This document shows, one piece after another, positions 1 through 9,911 of a stretch of DNA of 64,000 nucleotides. The DNA lies in the NCBI GenBank assembly GCA_963793725.1, contig CAWCAY010000005.1:219196-283195 (forward strand), in the 5' to 3' direction. How positions within the stretch are numbered: position 1 is the first letter of the stretch; each line of letters begins with the position of its first letter. Source of the DNA: an uncultured bacterium. Its GTDB lineage: Bacteria > JAUVQV01 > CAWCAY01. The translations under genes and the position numbers were made by a program. The notes under the pieces were generated by a model, which worked only from the letters and a program-made list of their open reading frames with translations, was not told the DNA's origin and ran no database searches.

Positions 1-1371
1 GACATCGCCCTGGTGCCGCGGCGCGAGAAGGGGATGACCTCGTACGAGGTGATGCTCTCCGAGTCTCAGGAGCGGATGCTGCTGGTGGTCGAAAAGGGGC
101 ATGAGGACGACGTCCGCCGGATCTTCTCCCGCTGGGACCTGGAGGCATCCGAGATCGGCCGGGTGACCGACGACGGGCTGATGCGGGTCCGCGACAACGG
201 CGCGCCGGTGGCCGAGATCCCGGCCCACGCGCTGGCCGAGGAAGGACCGGTCTACCACCGGCCGATGGCCCGTCCCGACTGGCTCGACGGCGTCCTGGCC
301 CGCGAGATCCCGCCCGAGCCGGCGGCTTCCGAGGCGGGGAGCATCCTCCGCCGGCTGCTGGCTTCGCCCGGCATCGCCTCGAAGCGCTTCGTCTGGCGCC
401 AGTACGACCACATGGTCAGGATCGGCACGGTCACCCTCCCCGGGGCGGCCGACGCCGCGGTGGTCAGGATTCCCGACAGCCGCAAGGGACTGGCCATCTC
501 GACCGACGGCAAGGGGATCTTGGTCTACCTCGACCCCCGCAACGGCGGCAAGGCGGCCGTGGCCGAGGCGGCCCGCAACGTGGCCTGCGTCGGCGCCCGC
601 CCGCTGGCGATCACCAACTGCCTCAACTTCGGCAACCCCGAGCGGCCGGAGATCATGTGGCAGTTCGCCGAAGCGGTCGCCGGCATGGGCGAGGCCTGCC
701 GGACGTTCGGGACGCCGGTCACCGGCGGCAACGTAAGCCTCTACAACGAGACCCTCGGCACGGCCATTCCGCCGTCGCCAACCATCGGCATGGTCGGGCT
801 GCTCGAAGACATCGACCGGCGCCTGGGGATGGCTTTTGCCGGCGAGGGGCTGGCGATCGTCCTGCTCGGCCCGTCGGATGACGCCCGGCTCGGCGGGAGC
901 GACTACCTAAAGGTGATCCACGGCTTCGAGGGGAGCCCGCCGCCGGCGATCGACTTGGATCTGGAGAAGCGCCTGATCGACTTACTCCTCGACCTGAACG
1001 ACCGCGGCTTGCTTCGCTCAGCCCACGACGTTTCGGACGGCGGCTTGGCTGTCTGCCTGGCCGAATCATGCTTCGGCGACGAGGCACATCCCATCGGGGC
1101 GTCGGTCTCCATCCCCTCGTCCGGGGCACGACTGGACGCCCGTCTCTTCGGCGAAGCCCCCTCCCGAATCGTCATCTCCTGCGCCCAGGGCGACGTCGCG
1201 GCGGTCGTTTCGTCGGCCGCATCCGCCCGCGTGCCGTCACAGCAACTCGGCACGACCGGCGGTGACCGCCTGACCATCGTGGACGCCGCCGGCGGGCCAC
1301 CGCTCATCGACGAGCCGGTCGCCGCGCTGGCCGGCCTCTGGGGCAACGCCATCGACCGGCTGATGGCCTGA
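1..1371 (+). CDS. purL: Phosphoribosylformylglycinamidine synthase subunit II (PurL), C-terminal part; 5' end outside window
   Basis: Frame 1 is open from base 1 to the TGA at 1369-1371 (track ORF 13..1371). The translation has PurL-type blocks (TSYEVMLSESQERMLLVV, ITNCLNFGNPERPEIMWQF, AHDVSDGGLAV). Confidence 0.9.
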   Translation, partial: DIALVPRREKGMTSYEVMLSESQERMLLVVEKGHEDDVRRIFSRWDLEASEIGRVTDDGLMRVRDNGAPVAEIPAHALAEEGPVYHRPMARPDWLDGVLAREIPPEPAASEAGSILRRLLASPGIASKRFVWRQYDHMVRIGTVTLPGAADAAVVRIPDSRKGLAISTDGKGILVYLDPRNGGKAAVAEAARNVACVGARPLAITNCLNFGNPERPEIMWQFAEAVAGMGEACRTFGTPVTGGNVSLYNETLGTAIPPSPTIGMVGLLEDIDRRLGMAFAGEGLAIVLLGPSDDARLGGSDYLKVIHGFEGSPPPAIDLDLEKRLIDLLLDLNDRGLLRSAHDVSDGGLAVCLAESCFGDEAHPIGASVSIPSSGARLDARLFGEAPSRIVISCAQGDVAAVVSSAASARVPSQQLGTTGGDRLTIVDAAGGPPLIDEPVAALAGLWGNAIDRLMA

Positions 1372-1379
1372 ACGAATTC

Positions 1380-1400
1380 CGCCACCCTTCGTGGCGTTTT
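1380..1400 (+). terminator. Candidate intrinsic terminator after purL
   Basis: CGCCAC-ccttc-GTGGCG stem-loop followed by TTTT, 9 nt after the purL stop. The stem is short. Confidence 0.4.
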
Positions 1401-1456
1401 CGCCATTCAAGGCCCATATTGTCCTTTCACTGAACCAGACACCTCAAGGAGACACC

Positions 1457-2245
1457 ATGATGAGACGCTTTGTTCCGCTGGCCGTGGCCGGGGTACTGCT
1501 CCTCACCGCCGGGCGAGCTCCGGCATTCCCAACCTCGAAGCCGGGCAGTTCGAAAGGAGGAGAAACCCCGCTCGAGCAGATGCCCACCGTCAAGGCCGCT
1601 GGTGAACTGATCGACAAGGTGCTCGAGACGTACGGCGGAGCCAAGGCAGTCAAGAAGATCAAGAGCTACCGGATGAAGGGCACCATCGAGTCGTACCAGA
1701 ACAAGGAGACCGCCCCGTTCACCCGCAGCTTCCGCCGGGATGGTGACGGCCTCTTCGTCGACATCCGCTACACCGTCAACCCCGAGAAGCGCTTCCTGCT
1801 CGAGAGTGAAGGGTGGCGGACCGGCAAGGAGGGGAAAACGGCCAAGGTGGAGGGCTTCCAGCTTCACGCGATGGTCATCCAGGCCGCCCGGGCCGACATC
1901 CCCTGGATTCTCCACGAACGGCGGGAGGAGTTGCGGCAGACCGAACTGGTCATGCAGGACGGGCGCAAGGCGAACGTCCTCCTGCTCGACCTGAAGGACG
2001 GCATGAACATGCGTTACTTCGTCGACGCGGAGACGAATATGGTCATCTCCAGCGAGGGGATCTTGACCGGCGGCCCGATGGGTTCGCTCAGTTTCGCCAC
2101 CTACTACGAGGACTTCCGCCCGGTGGCCGGAGTCCAGGTGCCCCACCGCGAGCTCAACTTCGTAGCCGGCCAGAAGTCGGGAGTCACGCTGATCGAGTCG
2201 GTGGAGGCGAACCCGAAGCTGAAGGACAAGGAGTTCAAGCCCTGA
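1457..2245 (+). CDS. Hypothetical secreted protein (262 aa)
   Basis: Part of track ORF 1391..2245. AAGGAG lies 6 nt upstream of ATG 1457. The N-terminus is signal-like (MMRRFVPLAVAGVLLLTAGRAPA). No family recognised by eye. Confidence 0.6.
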   Translation: MMRRFVPLAVAGVLLLTAGRAPAFPTSKPGSSKGGETPLEQMPTVKAAGELIDKVLETYGGAKAVKKIKSYRMKGTIESYQNKETAPFTRSFRRDGDGLFVDIRYTVNPEKRFLLESEGWRTGKEGKTAKVEGFQLHAMVIQAARADIPWILHERREELRQTELVMQDGRKANVLLLDLKDGMNMRYFVDAETNMVISSEGILTGGPMGSLSFATYYEDFRPVAGVQVPHRELNFVAGQKSGVTLIESVEANPKLKDKEFKP

Positions 2246-3137
2246 CGGCGACGTTCCTGGCCGCCACCACCCTGACGGCGACGTTCCTGCTGGGTGGCCT
2301 GCCGGCCCCCCCGCCCGGCGGCGCCGATCCGCCGCCACCCCGGGTCGCGCCCTCGCCCGTGGCCAATCCGACCTGCTGCAAGACCGGGCGCAGCGGCATC
2401 ACCTTCGTCCGCGACATCCAGGCGGCCCCCCTGGCAGGGCTGGGAGAAACCGACAGCGAGGTCCGGCGAACCTTCTTCCACCTTCCCCCCTCCTTCACGC
2501 ACCGCAAGCCCTTCACCTGGGTGATCTGGCTCCAGCGCCCGGGTGAAACAGTCGGGCCGTACCTTGCGGCGCCTGGCGATCCCTGACCAGATGGACGAGT
2601 CGGAAGGCAACGCCATCCTAGTGGCACCGCAACTCTCCCGGCGCGGCCGGCGAGGCCCTGCCCGGGCGATTCTCAACGCCCGGCGGCCTGCGCGATTTTC
2701 TGAACGAGGCGGCCGTGGTGGCCGAGGCCGAACTGGGCATCCCGCGCGGCAGCCTGCCGCCGACGGCCCCGGTCATCCTGGTGGCCCACGGCGAGTCGGA
2801 TGCCGTGGCCGAACGGATAGTGGCCTCCGGGGGCCGGGAGATGAAGATCGCCGGGGTGCTCCTCCTGGCCCCGGTGCTCGCCTCCCCCGACGGGCTGGCC
2901 GAGTGGCTCTCGATCACTCCCGACGGCGGCATCGGCTGTCTCTGGACAACCGGGAACGAGTCGGGGATCGCCCGATTCAAGGAGGCGCTCTCCCGCCGGC
3001 ACGTGGAAATCCTGGAGGACATCCCCTTCGGGCGGCATCCCGGCCGCGCCGTCCTGCACCGGTCGTCCTCGGACGCCGCGCGGACACCGCTTGACGGGGC
3101 AGGCGATTCCGCCCCGCTTCTCCGATTTCTCCGCTAG
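2242..3137 (+). pseudogene. Disrupted ORF for a probable secreted protein, possibly esterase / alpha-beta-hydrolase-like; start unresolved
   Basis: A coherent peptide needs three frames. They are 2242-2540 (LTATFLLGGLPA..ITFVRDIQAAPL..FFHLPPSFTHRKPFTWVIWL), 2543 to ~2635 (LRRLAIPDQMDESEGNAILVAPQLS) and ~2622-3137 (PGGLRDFLNEAAVVAEAELGIPRGS..VILVAHGESDAV..). No ATG/GTG/TTG lies in frame after 2245. Confidence 0.3.
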
Positions 3138-3173
3138 GGCACACCCGCGCCGCGCTGCGCGCCCCGGCGACTC

Positions 3174-5658
3174 CTACCCCGCCTTCGAAGCCGAGCGGAG
3201 GAACTCGGCGATCCGCTCCCTGACCCGGTCGCGGATCTGGTCGGCGGTCATCCCTTCCGGCCTGACCGGAGGGAGGAAGTTGACCCCGATGGGCGCCAGC
3301 CAGCGCGGCAGCCTGGATCCTCGCGGCAGGGCTTCCCAGGCCCCGACGATGGCCACCGGCACCACCGGCACGTCCATCTCGCGGCTCAGGACGGCGAAGG
3401 TCTTCTTGAAGGAACCGAGCGAACCGTCACGCGTGCGGGTCCCCTCGGGAAAGACGATGACGCCGTGTCCCCGCCGCAGCACCGAAGCCATCTTGCGCAA
3501 GGCTCCCCGAAGGTCCAGGTCGATGTTCATGGTGATGATGTTGGAGTGCCGGGCGAAGTAGCGGCGCAACGAACGGCGGAAGTGCTTCTCCTTGGCGAAG
3601 AAGAAGGTCCGCCGCATCTTGCGCAGCGGAATGGAATTGCCCACCAGGAGGCCGTCGGCCACGCTCTGGTGATTCGGGGCGATGATGAACGGCGGTTCCG
3701 GGAGGTTGCCCATTCCGCGAACCTTGACCCGGAAGTAGAGGCGCATGGCCAGCTTGCTGGCAAAACGCAGCAGCATGTGGAGCAATCCGCTGCGCGGTAG
3801 CTCTTCGCCCTCATCCCCGGTCAGCAGATCCCCCCAGTCCGCGCCGGCGGCCCGGAAGTCGGTCTTCCGGGCGGCGGCGAATTCGGCCAGGGCGCGCACC
3901 GTCGGGTGCTCCATCAGATCCTTCTCGCTCATCTTGATCCCGAAGACCGAGCCCATCCAGCCGATCAGGGCCACCTTGGCCAGCGAATCGAGCGCCAGGT
4001 CGAGCTCGATGTGATCGTCGGGCCGGACCGGTTTCTCGGCCAGGCTCCGGAGGTATTCCTTCAAGACCTCGTATTCCGGCAGGTCCGGTTCCGCTTGTTC
4101 CTTGCCGCCGGCGGTGCCGGGGGCGCCGGCGTACGATTCGAGCATGAACCGGCGCAGCTTCCCCAACCGCGTCCGGGGGAGCTCGTGCCGAACCAGCGTG
4201 AACCGCCCGATCCGCCGGTAGGACGGCGCGCGCTTGTTGTAGGCATCCAGGATCTCGTTCCGGAACGCCTCGTCGAGGTTCAGGATGCCCTGCTCCCGCA
4301 GCCGCTCCAGGTCGGGCACGATGACCGCGCACAAGACGTCCCCGGCTGGCGTAGACCCCGATTTCCTTGATGACGTCGGTCATCGCCAGGATGCTCTGCT
4401 CGATCTCCTCCGGGTTGATCTTCTTGCCGCTGGTCAGCACCAGGAGTTCCTTCTTGCGGCCGGTGATGAAGAGATTCCCGTCGCGGTCGATGCGGCCCAG
4501 GTCGCCGGTCCGCAGCCAGCCATGGTCGAGCGCCGCGGCGGTTTCGGCGGGCCGCTCCCAGTAGCCCGGCATCACGTTACGGCCGCGGAAGAGGATCTCG
4601 CCGTCCTCGAAGCGCACCTCCCCGCCGGGGATTATCTCGCCGGCCGAACCGACTCTCCCCCGCCCGGGGCGGGTGAAGGCGATCATCGGCGCCGCCTCGC
4701 TCAGGCCATAGCCGTTGAGCAGGTCGAAACCGAGCGCCAGGAAGTTCCGGTGGGCTTCGGTGTCGAACGCGGCGCCGCCGCACACCATGATGCGCAACGC
4801 GCCGCCGAAGCGCTGGTGGACCGCCGCGAAGACCTTCCGAGAGAGGGAGCGCGAGCCGATCATCCTGGCCAGCCGGAAGACCGCTCCGGTGCGCCAGGCG
4901 GCTTTCGATCTTCTCCATGATCGCCTTGTGGAAGAGATGGTAGAGGCGGGGCACGCCGATCATGATCGTGATCCGGTGCGCCTGGAAGGTTGCCAGGATG
5001 TCCTGCGGCGCCAGCGAGGGGGAGAAGACGAGGGACGACGCCGACGCGGAGGGGGGCGATCACCGTGCCGACCAGCGGCAGGACGTGATGGAGCGGCAGC
5101 AGGACCAGCACCCGGTCGTCATGGGGTGAAGATGCCGGTCCGTTCGGTCACCGCCTCGACATTGGCCAGCAGGTTGTCGTAGGTGAGCATGACCCCCTTC
5201 GATCCACCGGTCGTGCCCGAGGTGTACATGATCAGCGCCAGCCCGTCGGGAGCGGCATCGGGCATCTCCGGGACGGCCGCCCCGGTCACCGGCGGGCCGA
5301 CGTCGTCGAGGTCGAACAGGCGCGGCGCCGGATCGATGCCGCGCAGGGCTTCTTCCAGGACCGCCCCGGTCGAGGCGCTGTGGATGACCGTCTCGGGCCG
5401 GCAGTCGATGACGACGTGCCGGACCTCGTCGACGCCGCTCATGGCGTCGAGCGGGACGTTGACCGCCTCCCCGCATCCACGACCCGTAGAACGCGGCGAT
5501 CCAGTCGGGACGGTTCTCGGCAAAGATGACCGTGCGCGCCCCGGGGGCATCCCCAGGAGGCGCCGCCACCGGTCGGATTGCGCCAGGAGGTCGGCGTAGG
5601 TCCAGGTCGTCCGCCCGACGGTCAGGGCCGTCTTGCCGTGGTCGCGCAGGAAGCGCAT
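3174..5658 (-). pseudogene. Three-domain acyl-AMP ligase (AMP-binding) / acyl-carrier domain / PlsC-type acyltransferase fusion; frame broken about 6 times as assembled
   Basis: Joins track ORFs 5119..6153, 5060..5569, 4860..5111, 4577..4963, 3811..4863 and 3174..4334, with frame changes near 5555, 5470, 5118, 5045, 4897 and 4340. Motifs: AMP-binding cores YTSGTTGGSKGV, GYGLSE, TGDLGRIDRDGNLFITGRKKE; carrier-domain serine LDLALDSLAKV; acyltransferase NHQSVAD (HX4D) and FPEGTRTRDG. The ATG is at 5658-5656. Confidence 0.8.
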
Positions 5659-5671
5659 GCGCCGGATTCTA
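5659..5671 (-). promoter_or_regulatory. Candidate -10 box (TAGAAT) exactly 7 nt upstream of the acyl-ligase fusion ATG (leaderless geometry)
   Basis: The minus strand reads catgTAGAATccggcgcATG. There is no room for a Shine-Dalgarno. It is an AT-rich island in a GC-rich spacer. Confidence 0.4.
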
Positions 5672-5722
5672 CATGAGATTCGTCCCGGGGCGCCACACTC
5701 TTCTCCGCGACTCCGAAATTGG

Positions 5723-5751
5723 GTGACCGGCGGGCGGCATGATGCTAGAAT
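5723..5751 (+). promoter_or_regulatory. Candidate sigma70-type promoter of the pst operon (GTGACC-17 nt-TGcTAGAAT)
   Basis: Extended -10 TGcTAGAAT at 5743-5751 and a -35-like GTGACC at 5723-5728. An ATG at 5760 lies 8 nt after the -10. The pstS ORF as assembled starts at 5821. Confidence 0.4.
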
Positions 5752-5820
5752 TTGCCGGTATGACGTTGACCAAACCGTCGATGTCGGCAGCCTTTCGAAA
5801 CCTATCGACCTTCCCGCGGG

Positions 5821-6621
5821 ATGGTCGCCGCGCTCCTGCTTGGAGCGCACTGTGTCCTGTTCCTGGCCGCCTGCGGCAGGTCCTCCTCCACCGGGCGGAC
5901 CGAATCCCTCACGCTGGCCGGGTCGACCTCGGTCCAACCCTTCGCCGAGAAGCTGGCCGAGGAGTATGAAACGGAGCGCCAAGACCTGTCTGATCAACGT
6001 GCAGGGGGGCGGGTCGACCGCCGGGGTGAAGGCGGCCGAAACCGGCACCGCCCAGATCGGCATGTCCTCGCGACAACTCAAGAGCAGCGAGAAGGGCCTG
6101 ACCAGCATCGTCATCGCCCATGACGGCATCGCCATCATCGTCCACCGCGACAACCCCGTGTCGGGGCTCGGCCGGATGGCAAGTCGCCCGCATCTTCGCC
6201 GGCATGGAGTCCGACTGGACCCCCTTCGGCGGGTCAGGCCCGATCCACTTCGTCACCCGCGAGGAGGGCTCGGGCACCCGCGGGGCCTTCGAGGATATGG
6301 TCATGGGGAACCTCTCCATCTCCCCCCGTGCCCTGGTGCAGGATTCCAACGGGGCCGTCCGGGAGATCGTCGCCGGCGACCTGCGGGCCATCGGCTACAT
6401 TTCGCTGGGCCTGGTCGACCGCCGGATCAAGGCCCTGTCGGTCGACGGCGTCGCGCCGGACGTCGAGGCCATCCGCTCGCACCGCTACGCCGTCGTCCGC
6501 CCGTTCCTCTTCCTGTCCAAGAACCGCCCGATCGGCGGGGCCGCCGCGCTTCATCGACTTCGTCCTCGGCCCCCGCGGCCAGTCCATCCTGGCCGCCGAA
6601 GGCCTGATACCGGTCGACTGA
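5821..6621 (+). pseudogene. pstS: Phosphate ABC transporter substrate-binding lipoprotein PstS; 3 frame breaks as assembled
   Basis: Joins track ORFs 5821..6123, 5633..6607 (middle), 6120..7025 (start) and 6328..6621. Lipobox LFLAAC. Other blocks: LTLAGSTSVQPFAEKLAEEY, INVQGGGSTAGVKAAETGTAQIGMSSR, FVTREEGSGTRGAF, AIGYISLG. Breaks lie near 5990, 6170 and 6545, all +1 (length still divisible by 3). Confidence 0.85.
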
Positions 6622-6623
6622 CG

Positions 6624-7486
6624 ATGCCTCTCAACGGCCGCCAACTGCGCGAGAAACTGATCGAGAAGGCGATCACGGTGGTGGCCTTCTCATCCATCGC
6701 CATACTCTTCACGATCACCTTCTTCATCTTCAAGGAAGGGACCCCCTTCATCGCCAAGATCGGCCTGGGCAGGCTTCTGTTCGGGCCACATCTGGCAGCC
6801 CACCAGGGGCTCGTTCGGCCTGCTGCCGATGATCGTCGGCTCGCTTGCTGGTCACCGGCGGAGCGCTCTCGCTGGGCGTGCCCCTCGGCCTCTCGTGCGC
6901 CGTCTTCCTGGTGGAGTTCAGTCCGATCCGCATCCGGCGCGTCCTCAAGCCGGCCATCGAACTGCTGGCCGGCATCCCGTCGGTGGTCTACGGCTTCCTG
7001 GGCGTGCTCTTCCTGGTGCCCCTGATCCGCGACCACCTCGGCGGCCCGGGCCTGTCGCTGCTGGCCGGGGCGATCATCCTCGGCATCATGATCCTGCCGA
7101 CCGTCATCAGCATCTCGATCGACGCCCTCGAGGCCGTCCCCCGCACCTACCGGGAGGGCTCCCTGGCGCTCGGGGCCACCACCTGGCAGACGGTCCACAT
7201 GGTCGTGATCCCGGCGGCCCGGTCGGGCATCGTCGCCGCCATCATCCTGGGCATGGGCCGGGCCATCGGCGAGACGATGGCGGTCATCATGGTCGCCGGC
7301 AACGCCGTCTCGCTTCCCTCCTCCATCCTCGATCCGGTCCGGACCCTGACCTCCAACATCGCCATGGAGATGGGCTATGCGTCAGGCGATCACCAGCAGG
7401 CGCTGTTCGCCACCGGCGTGATCCTGTTCGTGATGATCATGATCCTGAACCTGGCCGCGGCCAGGTTCTCGCGGAGGAAGCGGTGA
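6624..7486 (+). pseudogene. pstC: Phosphate ABC transporter permease PstC; 2 frame breaks
   Basis: ATG 6624 (MPLNGRQLREKLIEKAITVV..). Continues briefly through the 6829 frame (MIVGSL) into track ORF 6845..7486 (..EAVPRTYREGSLALGATTWQTV..GRAIGETMAV). Breaks near 6785 and 6843. Confidence 0.85.
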
Positions 7487-8321
7487 GCATCCCCGTCCAG
7501 CGGCACATCCAGCAACTGGTCAAGGCGGCTGCTCATCCTGCTGACCGCGGCCACGCTGTCGATCCTGGTCTTCATCATCACCTACATCCTCTTCAAGGGC
7601 CTCCCCGTCCTGACCCCCGGTTTCTTCTCGCAGAACGCGGTCGACATGGGGCGCGCGGGCGGCATCTTCCCGTTCATCGTCAGCACCCTGTTCATCACCC
7701 TGGTGGCCCTTCTCGCGGCCACGCCGCTGGGCGTCGGCACGGCCGTCTACCTGACCGAGTACACCCGCGGCGGCACGGCACCCGCATCATCCGCTTCGCC
7801 GCCGACTGCCTGGCCGGCGTCCCGTCGATCATCTTCGGCCTGTTCGGCTTCGTCTTCTTGGTCATCTACCTGGGCCTGGGCTGGTCGATGCTCTCGGGCG
7901 GCCTGACCCTGGCCATCATGATCCTGCCGACCATCATCCGCACCAGCGAGGAGGCCATCCGGGCCGTGCCCGAGGCTTAGCGCGACGTCAGCTACGCGCT
8001 GGGCGGCACCCGCTGGCAGACGGTCACCCGGGTGGTCCTCCCCGGCGCCTGCCGGGCATCGTCACCGGCATCATGCTGTCGATCGGGCGCTGCATCGGCG
8101 AGACGGCGGCGGTCATCTTCACCGCCGGCTCGGCCCTCAAGACGCCGTTGACCGTCTTCGACTCCGGGCGCACGCTGGCGGTCCACTTCTACATCCTGGC
8201 CCGGGAAGGGATCTCCCCCGAGATGGCCTACGGCACGGCGGCGGTGCTGATCATCTCGATCCTGGCCATCAACGCCGTGGCCTACTGGATCATGCACCGG
8301 ATCGTCCGGAGGTTCTCGTGA
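7483..8321 (+). pseudogene. pstA: Phosphate ABC transporter permease PstA; 3 frame breaks plus an in-frame TAG
   Basis: GTG 7483 overlaps the pstC stop (GTGA). The protein is read through parts of ORFs 6829..7980, 7646..7906 and 8073..8321 (GIFPFIVSTLFITLVALLAATPLGVGTAVYLTEY, RFAADCLAGVPSIIFGLFGF, RCIGETAAVIFTAG). Breaks near 7530, 7775 and 8050. TAG 7978-7980 sits where PstC/PstA have Tyr/Leu (AVPEA*RDVSYALGGTRWQT). Confidence 0.85.
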
Positions 8322-9117
8322 CCGCGACCAATCGGACAGGCCGCTCCGGATTCCACCGCCGTCAACGACGTCATCAGGGTTGACCGGTACAGCTTCATCT
8401 ACCCGGGCGAGAAGTACAGCCTCAGGGAGGTCTCGCTGTCGGTTCCCCGGAACCAGATCCTGACGCTGATGGGGCCGGCCCAGAGCGGCAAGAGCACGCT
8501 GCTGCGCAGCCTGAACCGGATGACCGACCTGATCCCCGGCGTTCGGCGCGAGGGAGTCATCACCCTCGACGGCAAGGACATCCACGATCCCGACTGCGAC
8601 CCCTCCGAACTCCGCCGGCGCGTCGGCATGGTCTTCGACACCCCCGTCCCACTCTCCCGAAGCATCTACGAGAACATCGTGTTCGGGCCCCGGCTCAAGG
8701 GCATCCGGGACAAGGCCACGCTGGACCGCCTGGTCGAGAAGTGCCTCCAGGCGGCCATCCTCTGGGACGAGGTCAAGGACCGCCTCCAGAGTCGGCCACG
8801 CGCCTCTCCGGCGGCCAGCAGCAGCGGCTGTGCATCGCCCGGGCCCTGGCGCTGGAGCCGGAGGTGCTGCTGCTGGACGAGCCCACCTCGGGCCTCGACC
8901 CGATCTCGACGCTCAAGATCGAGGAGGCCCTTGCCGAACTGAAGAGCCGCTACACCATCATCCTGGTGACCAACAACACCAAGCAGGCCGCCCGGGTGGC
9001 CGACCGGTGGCCTTCTTCCTGATGGGCGAGCTGGTCGAGTACGGGCCGGCCAGCCGCGTCTTCACCGTTCCGGCCGACTCACGCACGGACGACTACATCT
9101 CCGGGAGGTTCGGCTGA
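8318..9117 (+). pseudogene. pstB: Divergent phosphate-transporter ATPase paralogue (PstB copy 1); 2-3 frame breaks; Q-loop Gln and H-loop His replaced
   Basis: Track ORFs 8469..8942, 8741..9022 and 8830..9117. Walker [10 protein letters not shown], signature [15 protein letters not shown], Walker [13 protein letters not shown]. It has MVFDTP where PstB has MVFQxP, and [12 protein letters not shown] where PstB has [10 protein letters not shown]. The start is unresolved: GTG 8318 overlapping the pstA stop needs one more frame change. Breaks near 8790 and 9005. Confidence 0.8.
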
Positions 9118-9873
9118 TGGAACCGGTCATCCGGATCGAAGACGTGAACCTGCACTACGGCGACTTCCACGCCCTGCACGATCTCAATCTGTCGATCATG
9201 CCCAACCGGATCACCGCCTTCATCGGCCCGTCCGGCTGCGGCAAGACGACGCTGCTCAGACGCTCGACCGGATGAACGACCTGATCGACGGCGCCAGGGT
9301 GACCGGCCGGATCCTGTTCGACGGGAAGAACATCCTCGACCCCGACGTCGAACTGATCACGCTGCGCAAGCGGATCGGCATGGTCTTCCAGCGGCCCAAC
9401 CCCTTCCCGCTGTCGATCTTCGACAACGTCGCCTACGGCCCGCGGGTTCACGGCAACCGCAACCGCCGCAAAGCTGGAGGAGATCGTCGAGCGCAGCCTC
9501 GGCGCGGTCAAACTGTGGGACGACTTCAAGGACCGGCTGGACCACCCCGCCCTGTCTGCTCTCGACCGAGCAGCAGCAGCGGCTGTGCATCGCCCGGCTG
9601 GTGGCCGTGGAGCCGGAAGTGCTGCTGATGGACGAGCCCTGCTCCGCCCTCGACCCGATCTCCACCATGCACGTCGAGGAACTGATGCGCGACCTGAAGC
9701 GCAACTACACCATCGTCATCGTCACCCACAACATGCAGCAGGCGGCCCGCATCTCGGACGACTCCGGCTTCTTCTACCTGGGCAACCTGGTGGAATTCGC
9801 GCCGACAACGATCATCTTCACCAATCCGAAGGATACTCGCACGGACGACTACATCAACGGCCGGTTCGGCTGA
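9117..9873 (+). pseudogene. pstB: Phosphate import ATP-binding protein PstB (canonical copy 2); 3 frame breaks
   Basis: ATG 9117 overlaps the stop of copy 1 (ATGA). Blocks: [91 protein letters not shown]. Breaks near 9260, 9468 and 9560 (track ORFs 9272..9628, 9601..9873). Confidence 0.88.
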
Positions 9874-9911
9874 GGCGGAAGCCATACGGAGAAAGGAAGG
9901 CGGCGGCAGCC

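Noticed and set aside
5752-5820. Pho box upstream of pstS
   Set aside because: There is an inverted GTCGAT..ATCGAC pair, but I could not find the direct-repeat CTGTCAT-type architecture. The consensus for this lineage is unknown, so the evidence is insufficient to call.
7978-7980. TAG in pstA as a recoded (pyrrolysine-type) codon
   Set aside because: It is a single occurrence, no pyl genes are in view, and the position aligns with Tyr/Leu in paralogues. It also sits in the most error-rich block.
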